A stretch of DNA of 64,000 bases from assembly GCA_033856735.1 (NCBI GenBank), contig JAWVEM010000025.1:972-64971 (forward strand), given 5' to 3'. The position numbers and the translations under genes are program-made. Positions within the stretch are counted from its first letter, which is position 1. The number at the start of each line of letters is the position of its first letter. Origin of the DNA: Blastocatellia bacterium (GTDB lineage: Bacteria; Acidobacteriota; Blastocatellia; Pyrinomonadales; Pyrinomonadaceae). Below are positions 1 to 8,763 of the stretch, piece by piece. Under the pieces are notes generated by a model that did not search any database, was not told the DNA's origin, and saw only the letters and a program-made list of their open reading frames with translations.

Positions 1-300
1 AGAGGGCTTCAAAGTCTCTTCTTTCCAGCGTTCCGTGGCTTGGTGTTCAGAAGAGGCTTCTTTAATCTCTTGCATCGTTGGTTGAAGAAGGTCGCACAGT
101 CACCGGCTACCGCCCAAAGTACTCGATTGCTGGGATCTTAGTGGAAGGTTTTGGGTGTGTCAATCTAAACGAAGGCTGCACTGTCATTAGCCCAATGCCG
201 CTCTCATGAGAAGGGGGCGCGGCTGTGATAATTCTAACAGCCGCGCGATTACGGAAGGACCCAAATTCGTGGACACAGCGGCAGGGTAAAGCGGATGCGA

Positions 301-747
301 TTAGCGGACGAACGATAGAGTTCCAAAGTTTGAAACTGGACCAATCGACTCAATAGGCACTACGACGTCGTTCGGCCTCACCATCCCCAACCGTTCTCTC
401 GCGGCCGATTCTATAGTGCTCGGGTCGCTCGCCATGCGGCGAATTTCGACTTGTAATGAAGTATTAGATCGACGGATGGAGGCGATCTCGGAACTTATCC
501 GACCATACTCGGTCGTTGATGCCTTCAGCTCAGCCTTCGATCGGGTGATTACTGTTGAGCATATCCCAAGCGTAGCCATGAGTATCATTGCCAGAAACAT
601 CCACGAAGGAATCATGCGCAACCAGCCAAGTGCTACGGGGAACACTTCGCGGGAAATATCACGCACGGGAAGCATGGGAATCGTTTGCGCCACCCGTTGG
701 GTCGCCTGTCGATTGCTAAGCCAGTAAGTATTTCCTAACCTATTCAA
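301..747 (-). CDS. Septum formation initiator family protein (FtsB/DivIC-like)
   Basis: 148-aa ORF with one TM helix (WMFLAMILMATLGICSTVI). This is followed by a coiled-coil segment and a C-terminal AARERLGMVRPNDVVV motif typical of the family. Confidence 0.6.
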   Translation of the reverse strand: MNRLGNTYWLSNRQATQRVAQTIPMLPVRDISREVFPVALGWLRMIPSWMFLAMILMATLGICSTVITRSKAELKASTTEYGRISSEIASIRRSNTSLQVEIRRMASDPSTIESAARERLGMVRPNDVVVPIESIGPVSNFGTLSFVR

Positions 748-1587
748 GATTCACCTCCTCAGTCTTGTCTTGTCGTCTACGTTAACGTCCGCCCGCAATA
801 CCTCGACGGTCCTGGCGCCCGGCTTAACTATAGATTGGTTCATTTGCGGTCGATTCAGAAGGCCGCGCATTGAAGATCGATGACTTGTCAGTGCAAAGCG
901 GTTCGCTCCGCCGAATACGTCGCCGCTGCGACGAAACACGAAGCGATGCTAGTTTTCTTCGGGTGGTGACAGTTGCGCGAAATTGGCGCAACGTCCGTGC
1001 GGTTGCGTGGGATTTTGCGTTCATCTCCGTTTCTCCTGAGGGCATCTCTGAGACTTGGACGTTTAAACCGTCCCACCACAATATAAACGGCTGCTAAATC
1101 CGCAATACCCAAGATACAGTGGCTGCCGTTCTTTCAATCCCTTGCGCAACAATGATTTACCGCAAGTGCCGCCGACTCTAGCATCTGAGTGGATCTGAGG
1201 CAAGACCATTTCTTTGCAACAATTCAGCAAGCTAACCTCAACAGTTACATCAGGTAGAGCGAATTAAGCGCTTAAATCGGCGTACGTGCGGCGAACGAAA
1301 AGAGGGCCGCGTTAGTGGAGGCCGGCTTTCTTGGGGCGACGACGGCCACGTCGCTATGGGCTTTTTATCAGTCTCCCCCGGAGCACGTCCTTGCGCGTCG
1401 TTATGGGCCACGTGTCGCCGCGTGGGCCGTGTCGATACGCCGAGACCGAGCGCCTCATCCTTGGTTAGTCCGCGTAATGGCCGCTAGGTCAAGCGCTTAA
1501 CGGCTCGGAAGGCCGTCGGCACAGCCATTGCGGTCGGATTGCCAGCCGGATGTGTGCAAATTCACCAGTCTTGGAGCGGAACTCTTT

Positions 1588-3624
1588 ATGAAAGTTATCA
1601 AATACGCCGAGCGAGGCTTAACCGCCGTAGCTGGTGGTCTCTTCGATTCAATTCAAATATTCAACAAGTATAAGCCCAATCCATCATTCACGCCCAAGTG
1701 GTCGGATAAGCCTCTGCTGAAGTCATGGCAGAAGACCAAACCCACGTTGGGGTGGCCTCGCGTTACCGACTCTCTATGTCCGAACTGCGTTATTGAAGCC
1801 CGTGAGGAGATCCTGGCCGGTAAACAAGATGTTTCAGTTCTTTTAAATGAAAAGATCGGAGAAATCAAGGCGCAGATCATAGAGCGCGATGGCGAGATAT
1901 GGATGGTTAAGGATTGCCCGATTCACGGTCATTTTGAAGACATGATGGCGATTGATGCGAAGTTTTTGACCCACATTGAGGCCATGTTTCCGGGACGAGA
2001 CATCCCGGCTCATAATGACGAGAAGCTTCACAACCACGGTACAAGCACGATTAAATATGGCCGCGGTGCGGTGCTTACGGTCGACCTTACCAACCGTTGT
2101 AACATGATGTGTGATCCGTGTTTCATGGATGCGAATCAGGTCGGATTTGTCCACGAGCTGAGCATGGAGGACATCAAAGAGATTCTCGACAACGCGATTT
2201 CCATCAAGCCGCGCCGGCAAATGTCGGTGCAATTTTCTGGAGGTGAGCCGACGATTTCGCCCTACTTTATCGATGCGATTAAGTATTCCCGTAAGGTCGG
2301 CTATAACTCCGTGCAGGCAGCCACGAACGGGATCGAATTCGCAAAGAGCAAAGAGTTCTGCCGTGAGGCGGCGGAAGCAGGATTGCGGTATGTGTATTTC
2401 CAGTTTGACGGAATTGGAAACGACGCTAATAGTCACCGTCAGGTCGGCAATCTCTTTGACGTGAAGTTGCGGGCGATTAACAATCTTCATGAGGCCGGGG
2501 TTGAGATTGTTCTAGTCACCACACTCGTGAACGGGATCAACAATGATCAGGTCGGATCGATTATCCGGTTTGCTTTGGATAATCCGAAGAAGATCGCATT
2601 TCTTTCGTTCCAGCCGGTATCTTTTACCGGCCGTGATGAAGCGATTACACCGGAACGGCGTCTACAGCAGCGATACACCCTTTCTCACCTGGCTCATGAC
2701 GTCAAGAATCAGGTTGGAATCACTGAACCCACTCGCGATTGGTTTCCGCTGTCACTGATGGGTGCGTTCGCAGATTTCGCGGATCTCGTTCACGGGCCGA
2801 ACTCAGAGTGGGGCCAGGTCTCCTGCGGTTGCCACCCGAACTGCGGCGTGGGCACGGCGGTGATGATCGATAAGGAAACGAAAGAAATGAGCCCCGTTCC
2901 GGCGTTTCTCAATATCCCTGGCCTCGTCAAGGATATGCGAAAGATTACGGATGCGGCGCGTGGAAAGTGGTCGTCCAACATCATGATGGGTCTGGCGCTC
3001 TTAAAGCACTACAAGCCAAAGATGGCGCCTTCTGAATTCAATCTGTATGAGCTTTTCAAGAAGTTCGATAAGTCGTTTGGCCTGACCGGAAAGGATTACG
3101 GGAAAGTTGGAGGAGACCGTAATACTGAGGACATCGAGAAGCGCCGATCCGATCGCTGGAACTTTTTGTTTATCGCGGGTATGTGGTTTCAGGATCTGTT
3201 CAACTACGACTTCCGCCGCACCGAGATGTGCATCATTCCTTACGGAACGCAGGAAGGCGAAATCAGTTTCTGCGCTTACAATACCGGTATCGGCTGGCGC
3301 AATATTATCGAGCACATGCACCAGAACGCGACCGTGGCGAAATGGTATGAAGAACATGGACGGCACGAGATTTTTGCCGGCGGCAAGACTGTCGATCTTT
3401 CAGATCCTACTCACGGTCTCAAACTAAACGAAGTGGATTTGATGCGGCCGAATAAGCCGCATATGGAAGGTCCAAAGACCGCACATGAAGAGACCGTGAT
3501 GATGCGCAAGCTGTATCAGGAAATGGTGCTCAAGCAGCAGGAGATCAAATCCGATAACGGTGACAAGCCGGTCAAAATTCAAGGCCTGACCCGTAAGAAG
3601 GACGTAGCTGTTGCCTCGGTGTAA
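1588..3624 (+). CDS. Radical SAM enzyme, MJ0619 / tetraether-lipid-synthase (Tes, GDGT-MAS)-like
   Basis: CNMMCDPCF is a CxxxCxxC radical-SAM cluster motif. The N-terminus has a CPNC...CPIHG zinc-ribbon-like pair. ATG at 1588 follows GGAGCGGA and is preferred over the TTG at 1528. Confidence 0.8.
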   Translation: MKVIKYAERGLTAVAGGLFDSIQIFNKYKPNPSFTPKWSDKPLLKSWQKTKPTLGWPRVTDSLCPNCVIEAREEILAGKQDVSVLLNEKIGEIKAQIIERDGEIWMVKDCPIHGHFEDMMAIDAKFLTHIEAMFPGRDIPAHNDEKLHNHGTSTIKYGRGAVLTVDLTNRCNMMCDPCFMDANQVGFVHELSMEDIKEILDNAISIKPRRQMSVQFSGGEPTISPYFIDAIKYSRKVGYNSVQAATNGIEFAKSKEFCREAAEAGLRYVYFQFDGIGNDANSHRQVGNLFDVKLRAINNLHEAGVEIVLVTTLVNGINNDQVGSIIRFALDNPKKIAFLSFQPVSFTGRDEAITPERRLQQRYTLSHLAHDVKNQVGITEPTRDWFPLSLMGAFADFADLVHGPNSEWGQVSCGCHPNCGVGTAVMIDKETKEMSPVPAFLNIPGLVKDMRKITDAARGKWSSNIMMGLALLKHYKPKMAPSEFNLYELFKKFDKSFGLTGKDYGKVGGDRNTEDIEKRRSDRWNFLFIAGMWFQDLFNYDFRRTEMCIIPYGTQEGEISFCAYNTGIGWRNIIEHMHQNATVAKWYEEHGRHEIFAGGKTVDLSDPTHGLKLNEVDLMRPNKPHMEGPKTAHEETVMMRKLYQEMVLKQQEIKSDNGDKPVKIQGLTRKKDVAVASV

Positions 3625-3649
3625 CCCGAGATTAACCATTTGACGCGTG

Positions 3650-3686
3650 CCCCGCGGATGGTCTGACTGTTCGCGGGGATTTCGTT
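3650..3686 (+). terminator. Possible intrinsic terminator after the radical SAM gene
   Basis: CCCCGCG (3650-3656) pairs with CGCGGGG (3672-3678) and is followed by ATTTCGTT. The loop is long, so the call is weak. Confidence 0.35.
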
Positions 3687-3769
3687 GCCTGCTTGACCAC
3701 GACGCACGAGGACGTGTTAAATAGGGCTTCGCAAAGCGGAAAAGTCAAACTGATCAATTGGAGAAATAG

Positions 3770-3982
3770 ATGGCTGTTGTAAACGTTAACCAGGGCGAGT
3801 CGATTGAAAGCGCGTTGCGTCGCTTCAAGCGCAAGGTCATGACCGAAGAGATAATTAAGGACGCAAAAAAGCACGCCTTTTTCATGCCTCCGGGCCAGAA
3901 GGCGAAACTCAAGTCCGCTCTGGCTCGCAAACGTAACAAGAAGAAGGGCCGCCCGAGGCCCCGTCCCGTTGGCGGACGTTAG
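3770..3982 (+). CDS. rpsU: 30S ribosomal protein S21
   Basis: 70-aa basic protein. MAVVNVNQGESIESALRRFKRKV...KKHAFFMPPGQKAKLK is the canonical S21 sequence pattern. Confidence 0.95.
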   Translation: MAVVNVNQGESIESALRRFKRKVMTEEIIKDAKKHAFFMPPGQKAKLKSALARKRNKKKGRPRPRPVGGR

Positions 3983-4113
3983 TATTTCGTAGCCTTCACT
4001 GCACTAGACTCACCAGGTGGTTACAACTAAACGTGGGTTCGGAAAAGCGTTTAAAACAGCGTGTGTACGTGTGCAAAGCGAGGATGTCTAACCTTCCAAC
4101 GAATTAACCAGCC

Positions 4114-4881
4114 ATGACGCGGATCTTATTAACAAACGACGATGGGATACATTCCGAAGGCTTAGTGAAGCTCGAACAAGTGCTGCAAGAGGTTGCCGAC
4201 GTGTTTGTCATCGCACCCGCGGCCGAGATGAGCGGCGCGTCCCACAGCTTAACGTTGTCGCGGCCGCTTCGTATTCGCCAAATCGATGATCGTCATTGGA
4301 CGGTGGACGGAACTCCGACCGACTGCGTAACGCTGGCGCTTCATCAGATCCTCAAGGAGGATGAACTTCCGGATCTCTGCGTATCGGGAATTAATCATGG
4401 CGGGAATCTGGGAGACGACGCAACTTATTCCGGCACTGTCGCGGGCGCCCTGGAGGCGACCATCCTCGGCGTACCGGGCATCGCCGTGAGCCTCGTCGCC
4501 AGAGAGAACTTTGATTTCACCGAGGCCTCCCGGTTTGCGCTGCTGGCCGTGCGAAAGATCATCGGTGAAGGTTTGCCCTCGGGCACGCTCTTGAATATGA
4601 ACGTGCCGTTAGGTGAGATCAAGGGCGTGAAAGTAACCCGCCAGGGCATCAAGAATGCCCGCCCGGTGATCACCGAACACATAGATCCCCGAGGCAAGCC
4701 CTATTTTTGGATTGGTGAACAGTATTTCCGTTCGAACTCAGAAGACGGCACGGATTATCGAGCCATAGAAGACGGCTATGTCTCAGTCACGCCATTGCGG
4801 AGCGATATGACTGATCACGCGGCGTTGACCGAAATCGGTTCGTGGAATTACCTAGCTTCCGAACTCTTGCATAGTCAATAA
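4114..4881 (+). CDS. surE: 5'/3'-nucleotidase SurE
   Basis: N-terminal ILLTNDDGIHSEGL and SGINHGGNLGDDATYSGTVAGA motifs. The surE-pcm gene order is conserved. Confidence 0.93.
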   Translation: MTRILLTNDDGIHSEGLVKLEQVLQEVADVFVIAPAAEMSGASHSLTLSRPLRIRQIDDRHWTVDGTPTDCVTLALHQILKEDELPDLCVSGINHGGNLGDDATYSGTVAGALEATILGVPGIAVSLVARENFDFTEASRFALLAVRKIIGEGLPSGTLLNMNVPLGEIKGVKVTRQGIKNARPVITEHIDPRGKPYFWIGEQYFRSNSEDGTDYRAIEDGYVSVTPLRSDMTDHAALTEIGSWNYLASELLHSQ

Positions 4882-4910
4882 CAATAGACAGCCTTCCCAG
4901 CGTCAAAGAC

Positions 4911-5594
4911 TTGGGTTCGACACCATCACGTCAACAAGCACTGCAGGCAGAATACCGCATCCCGCGCGAGCGTATGTGCGAACGCTTGCGCGATCATTAC
5001 GGTATCCGCGATCCCAAAGTCCTCGAGGCCATGCGCAGCGTTCCGCGGCATTTCTTTGTTACTGAAGCACTGCGCGGCCGCTCGTATGACGACAACGCTC
5101 TGCCAATCGATTTTAATCAGACGATTTCGCAGCCCTTCATCGTCGCCCGCATGACTGAGTTACTCGAGATGGACAAGAAGAGCCGGGTACTGGAGATCGG
5201 CGCCGGCTCGGGTTATCAAACTGCCGTGCTGGCGCAGTTGGCATCGCAGGTCTATTCAATTGAGCGGATTGGTGAACTAGCTCGACAGGCGCAAAGCCGC
5301 ATTCGCGAGCTGGGAATCTACAATGCTACGGTTAAGGCTTTTGATGGGACGTTAGGCTGGAATGCTTACGGTCCATACGAAGGCATTCTGGTCGCCGCCG
5401 GCGGCCCCCGTATCCCCGCTCCTTTGATCGCGCAATTGAAAGTCGGCGGTCGCCTGGTCATTCCCATCGGAGAAACGCGCGAGGCACAAAAACTTGTCCG
5501 CGTGATAAAGACTGAGGACGGACACAGAGTCGAAGAGCACGGGCCTTGTCAGTTTGTCCCCTTGATTGGCCAGCATGGCTGGTCCGTGAGTTAG
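4911..5594 (+). CDS. pcm: Protein-L-isoaspartate O-methyltransferase
   Basis: VPRHFFV, ISQPFIVARMTELL and the SAM-binding VLEIGAGSGYQTAVLA motif. The start codon is TTG. Confidence 0.9.
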   Translation: MGSTPSRQQALQAEYRIPRERMCERLRDHYGIRDPKVLEAMRSVPRHFFVTEALRGRSYDDNALPIDFNQTISQPFIVARMTELLEMDKKSRVLEIGAGSGYQTAVLAQLASQVYSIERIGELARQAQSRIRELGIYNATVKAFDGTLGWNAYGPYEGILVAAGGPRIPAPLIAQLKVGGRLVIPIGETREAQKLVRVIKTEDGHRVEEHGPCQFVPLIGQHGWSVS

Positions 5595-5617
5595 CGGCGA
5601 GGGACGCGAGTTAGAAA

Positions 5618-6268
5618 ATGATTGGCAAAATAATCGAACTGCTTTCCGTGTTGATCGTCGCGACTATCTCGCGGCTGGGTTATGCGGGAGTCGTCCTGCT
5701 GATGGCGATCGAATCAGCGTGCATACCACTCCCCTCGGAAATAATTATGCCCTTCTCGGGCTATCTCGTTTCCAAGGGGGAATTCAATCTCTGGTTGGTA
5801 GGCCTGGCCGGCGCAGTCGGCTGTGTGCTTGGATCGCTCGTGGCATATTGGGTGGGGATGTATGGAGGCAGGCCGTTCGTTGAGAAATATGGTAAGTACC
5901 TGCTGGTTTCACGTCACGATCTCGACCTGGCTGACCGTTGGTTCGCACGCTTTGGTGAAGTAATCGTCTTCGCCAGCCGCCTGTTACCGGCGATTCGAAC
6001 ATTCATAGCCTTTCCCGCCGGCGTGGCTCGCATGGACATAAAGAAGTTCGTGATCTACACCTTTGCGGGATCGCTCCCCTGGTGCATTGGTTTGGCGTAT
6101 GTGGGTCAGAGGCTCGGCGAGAAGTGGGACAAGGACCCCACGCTGAAGAATCTATTCCATCGGTTCGATTTCATCATCGGTATAATCGTGGCGTTGGCTG
6201 CTGCCTGGTGGATCTGGCGGCACATCAAGCATCTGCGCGAGGATAAAGAAAAAAGCAGGCAGGTTTGA
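5618..6268 (+). CDS. DedA family membrane protein
   Basis: Polytopic membrane protein with ESACIPLPSEIIMPFSGYL, GRPFVEKYGKY and FPAGVARM motifs typical of DedA/SNARE-associated proteins. Confidence 0.85.
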   Translation: MIGKIIELLSVLIVATISRLGYAGVVLLMAIESACIPLPSEIIMPFSGYLVSKGEFNLWLVGLAGAVGCVLGSLVAYWVGMYGGRPFVEKYGKYLLVSRHDLDLADRWFARFGEVIVFASRLLPAIRTFIAFPAGVARMDIKKFVIYTFAGSLPWCIGLAYVGQRLGEKWDKDPTLKNLFHRFDFIIGIIVALAAAWWIWRHIKHLREDKEKSRQV

Positions 6269-6306
6269 CAGTGCCTCAACCGTCACATAGAATTCAGTCC
6301 TGTTAG

Positions 6307-6388
<82 letters not shown>

Positions 6389-6395
6389 GAATCAA

Positions 6396-7487
6396 TTACT
6401 TACGGCTGTCGTCATCGACAGCCGTTTTTTCGTTTGTGTCCAATTTGTGGACATTTTTCACAAAGCCTACTTGTTTGGTGAGTCGAACCGCGCGAATATA
6501 CCGTTCAGTAGTGGTCATGTCGCGGTGTCCCATAATCGTCTTGATGGTGAACGCATCGTAGCCGGCCATTGCCATCCGAGTGCAAAAGGTGGCTCTGAGA
6601 TCGTGCCATTCGAGATCGCGTATTTCCGCTAGTTGGCACGCTGTTGCGAACGCTGTCTTGATGTCAACGTAGGGCTTTTTCGTAGTCGGATTTACGAACA
6701 AATACTCGTCCGCTTTTTTCTTTGCGCAGAGTTTGCCGAGGATTGGTTTTACCCTTTCGTCCAAGACGTCCATTGGTATTTCTCGGTTCCGCTTGCCCTT
6801 TGTTTTGCTGGCGACTACCACACCGCGGACAAAGTCCACCTGGTCGCGTCGTAAATTCAGCTGCTCACGCTTCCTTAGACCTAAACCCAATGCGATGATC
6901 ACCATGTCATAGAGGTGTCGCCTTTTGCCGACTAAGGTGGACATCAGGGTCGTTTCCTCCTCCGGATCGAGAACGCGATAACGCTGATTGTCCAGCTTGA
7001 ACTTTTCTACGTGCGAACATGGATTGCGGTCGGCTTTGCCGAGCGAGATCGCTAGGGTGTATATGCGAGACAGCATCTCGAACTCCCGGTTAACCGATGC
7101 TGGCGCTCGCTCGCTGTCGTGTTTTGTGTTGGTTGCCAACCTTTTCGTTTTGAACCGTTCAATTTCGAGAGGCTGGACTTCCCGTAGTTGCCTGTTGCCG
7201 AAAAACTTTTTCAGAACGACTTTGCCGTACTCGTCGTTTTTCCACGACTTCTTGTTGGACTTGGCCCAGGGCATGTAGATGTCGTCAATGAAGTCATCGA
7301 CTTTCATTGTGCCGGTTTCTAGCATGCCAAAGGTTCCTTGATAGACGTCCTGCTTCAGTTTGTGTTCGGCTTGCTCAGCTTGCCTTTTGGTCCGAGCCTC
7401 AGGAATTGCTCCGCGGTAACGCACGCCACGCACTCTGAAGTAATAATGCCAGTGATTGCCTTTCGTACCCCTTTTGTAAACAGACAT
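6396..7487 (-). CDS. Tyrosine-type site-specific recombinase/integrase
   Basis: Catalytic-type motifs LGLGLRKRE, WHDLRATF (HxxR) and GHRDMTTTERY (His and Tyr). It lies directly inside attL. Confidence 0.9.
   Translation of the reverse strand: MSVYKRGTKGNHWHYYFRVRGVRYRGAIPEARTKRQAEQAEHKLKQDVYQGTFGMLETGTMKVDDFIDDIYMPWAKSNKKSWKNDEYGKVVLKKFFGNRQLREVQPLEIERFKTKRLATNTKHDSERAPASVNREFEMLSRIYTLAISLGKADRNPCSHVEKFKLDNQRYRVLDPEEETTLMSTLVGKRRHLYDMVIIALGLGLRKREQLNLRRDQVDFVRGVVVASKTKGKRNREIPMDVLDERVKPILGKLCAKKKADEYLFVNPTTKKPYVDIKTAFATACQLAEIRDLEWHDLRATFCTRMAMAGYDAFTIKTIMGHRDMTTTERYIRAVRLTKQVGFVKNVHKLDTNEKTAVDDDSRK
6402..6431 (+). terminator. Hairpin plus T-run just downstream of the reconstituted tRNA-Pro
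   Basis: ACGGCTGTCG-TCAT-CGACAGCCGT is a perfect 10-bp stem followed by TTTTTTCG. It overlaps the last codons of the minus-strand integrase. Confidence 0.6.
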
Positions 7488-7944
7488 TTTGTGCTCCTCG
7501 AAGTTGCAGCCACCAAGAAAACAGGCGCATGGTAGCTCTAAGGAAAATCGAGCATCTTTGTCATTCTCACCGCCGTTATTTCTACGCAGGTCTATTCAAC
7601 AATTGAGTCAATGTAAAATTGCAGTGTCGAATCCAAAGGTTACTTCGCGTTTGACATCGAGGCCACGATTTTCATCACGAACCGACAATCTTCGGATGTC
7701 AGCGCTTTCGATCGTTTACTCGCAGCATTACGGCATTATGAAGCGTTCAACAGATCGCGAGAGATCGCGAAACGGGCATGTTCCCGGCGGATACGATCCG
7801 CAAAGAGTGAAGCGTTCGCTTTGTGCTAACTGAAAATTCGGATTGGCGGGAGCAAGAATGTATTGCGCGGCGGCAGCGATTTCCATATTCTATGCAGGCC
7901 TGACGGATTCAGATGTTCACTAACGCTAGAGGTTCTTTCGGTTA

Positions 7945-8271
7945 ATGACCCACGCCCGCACGAAACGGGCGCAGCGGCACTCCTCTAAGGCGGCGCGTAG
8001 TCTAGTACGAACTCGTCCTAATAGCAAGGATAAAACGCGCAAGCGACCTTATCCGCTCAAGCTGGCCGACAAGTTGCGAAGACTAAGAGAGAATCTTGAT
8101 CTGTCTCAGGGCGACCTGGCCGCTAGAATTAGCGTCAAAGATCGGGCGAGTATTTCTGGTTATGAACGCGGGGAGCGCGAACCGCCATTGCCAATATTGC
8201 TTGCCTATGCTCGACTTGGTAAGGTCCGAGTAGAGGTTTTGATTGACGATGAATTAGATCTGCCGAAATGA
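7945..8271 (+). CDS. XRE-family helix-turn-helix transcriptional regulator
   Basis: LRRLRENLDLSQGDLAARISVKDRASISGYERGEREP is a classic Cro/CI-type HTH. The basic N-terminal extension means the true start may lie downstream. Confidence 0.7.
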   Translation: MTHARTKRAQRHSSKAARSLVRTRPNSKDKTRKRPYPLKLADKLRRLRENLDLSQGDLAARISVKDRASISGYERGEREPPLPILLAYARLGKVRVEVLIDDELDLPK

Positions 8272-8370
8272 AAAAATGCGAAGTTTTGCTTGGAGGTCTA
8301 GCAAGTCACCATTCTCAGTATAAGATCGGTTGAAATGTCGTGAGTATTCCGGTTAAAGATCGCGGTCGCT

Positions 8371-8616
8371 CTATGACTTAATTGTTCCGTACCAATACTC
8401 TCCATCAGGTGTGTACACTTCGAGTTTGCCGCCTGGATTCACCTTTCCGTAATAGTAGTTGTTCTTCCCATCATAAAATTCGAGCTTCCCATTGGACTTG
8501 AGTTTTCCGTAATAGTATTCGTTATCGCTGTTGTATAACTCAATATTTCCATTGTCTTTGATCTTGCCATAATAGTAATTGTTCCGAGGATCATAGAGTT
8601 CAAACTTTCTCGGCAT
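8371..8616 (-). CDS. Small Tyr/Gly-rich tandem-repeat protein (4 x ~19-20 aa), unknown function
   Basis: 81 aa with the repeating unit [FL]E[LFV]Y-x3-N-x-YYYGK-[ILV]-K-x-NG-x. GGAAAC lies about 8 nt upstream of the ATG. Confidence 0.5.
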   Translation of the reverse strand: MPRKFELYDPRNNYYYGKIKDNGNIELYNSDNEYYYGKLKSNGKLEFYDGKNNYYYGKVNPGGKLEVYTPDGEYWYGTIKS

Positions 8617-8763
8617 AATGTTTGTTTCCTTTCAATCTCAAGCAGTAACCGAACGCTAATTATCGATGCAGTTATCCCAGACAGCGCACGACCCAAGGCA
8701 TGTTCTGATCATGACGTATTTCTCGATAATCGGATGATGCCGTTCGCAAACGCTCATCGAGCC

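Noticed and set aside
1315-1500. 61-aa ORF in the GC-rich block upstream of the radical SAM gene
   Set aside because: It has a GTG start with no RBS, and its Ala/Arg/Trp-rich composition is typical of a GC-driven open frame. The block is reported only as a possible structured RNA or regulatory region.
1843-2490. 215-aa ORF on the minus strand
   Set aside because: It is antisense to the radical-SAM core region that contains the CxxxCxxC motif, so it is a shadow ORF.
7489-7833. 114-aa plus-strand ORF upstream of the integrase
   Set aside because: It has no SD and a Ser/Arg-rich product, and it lies in the likely integrase promoter region. No support.
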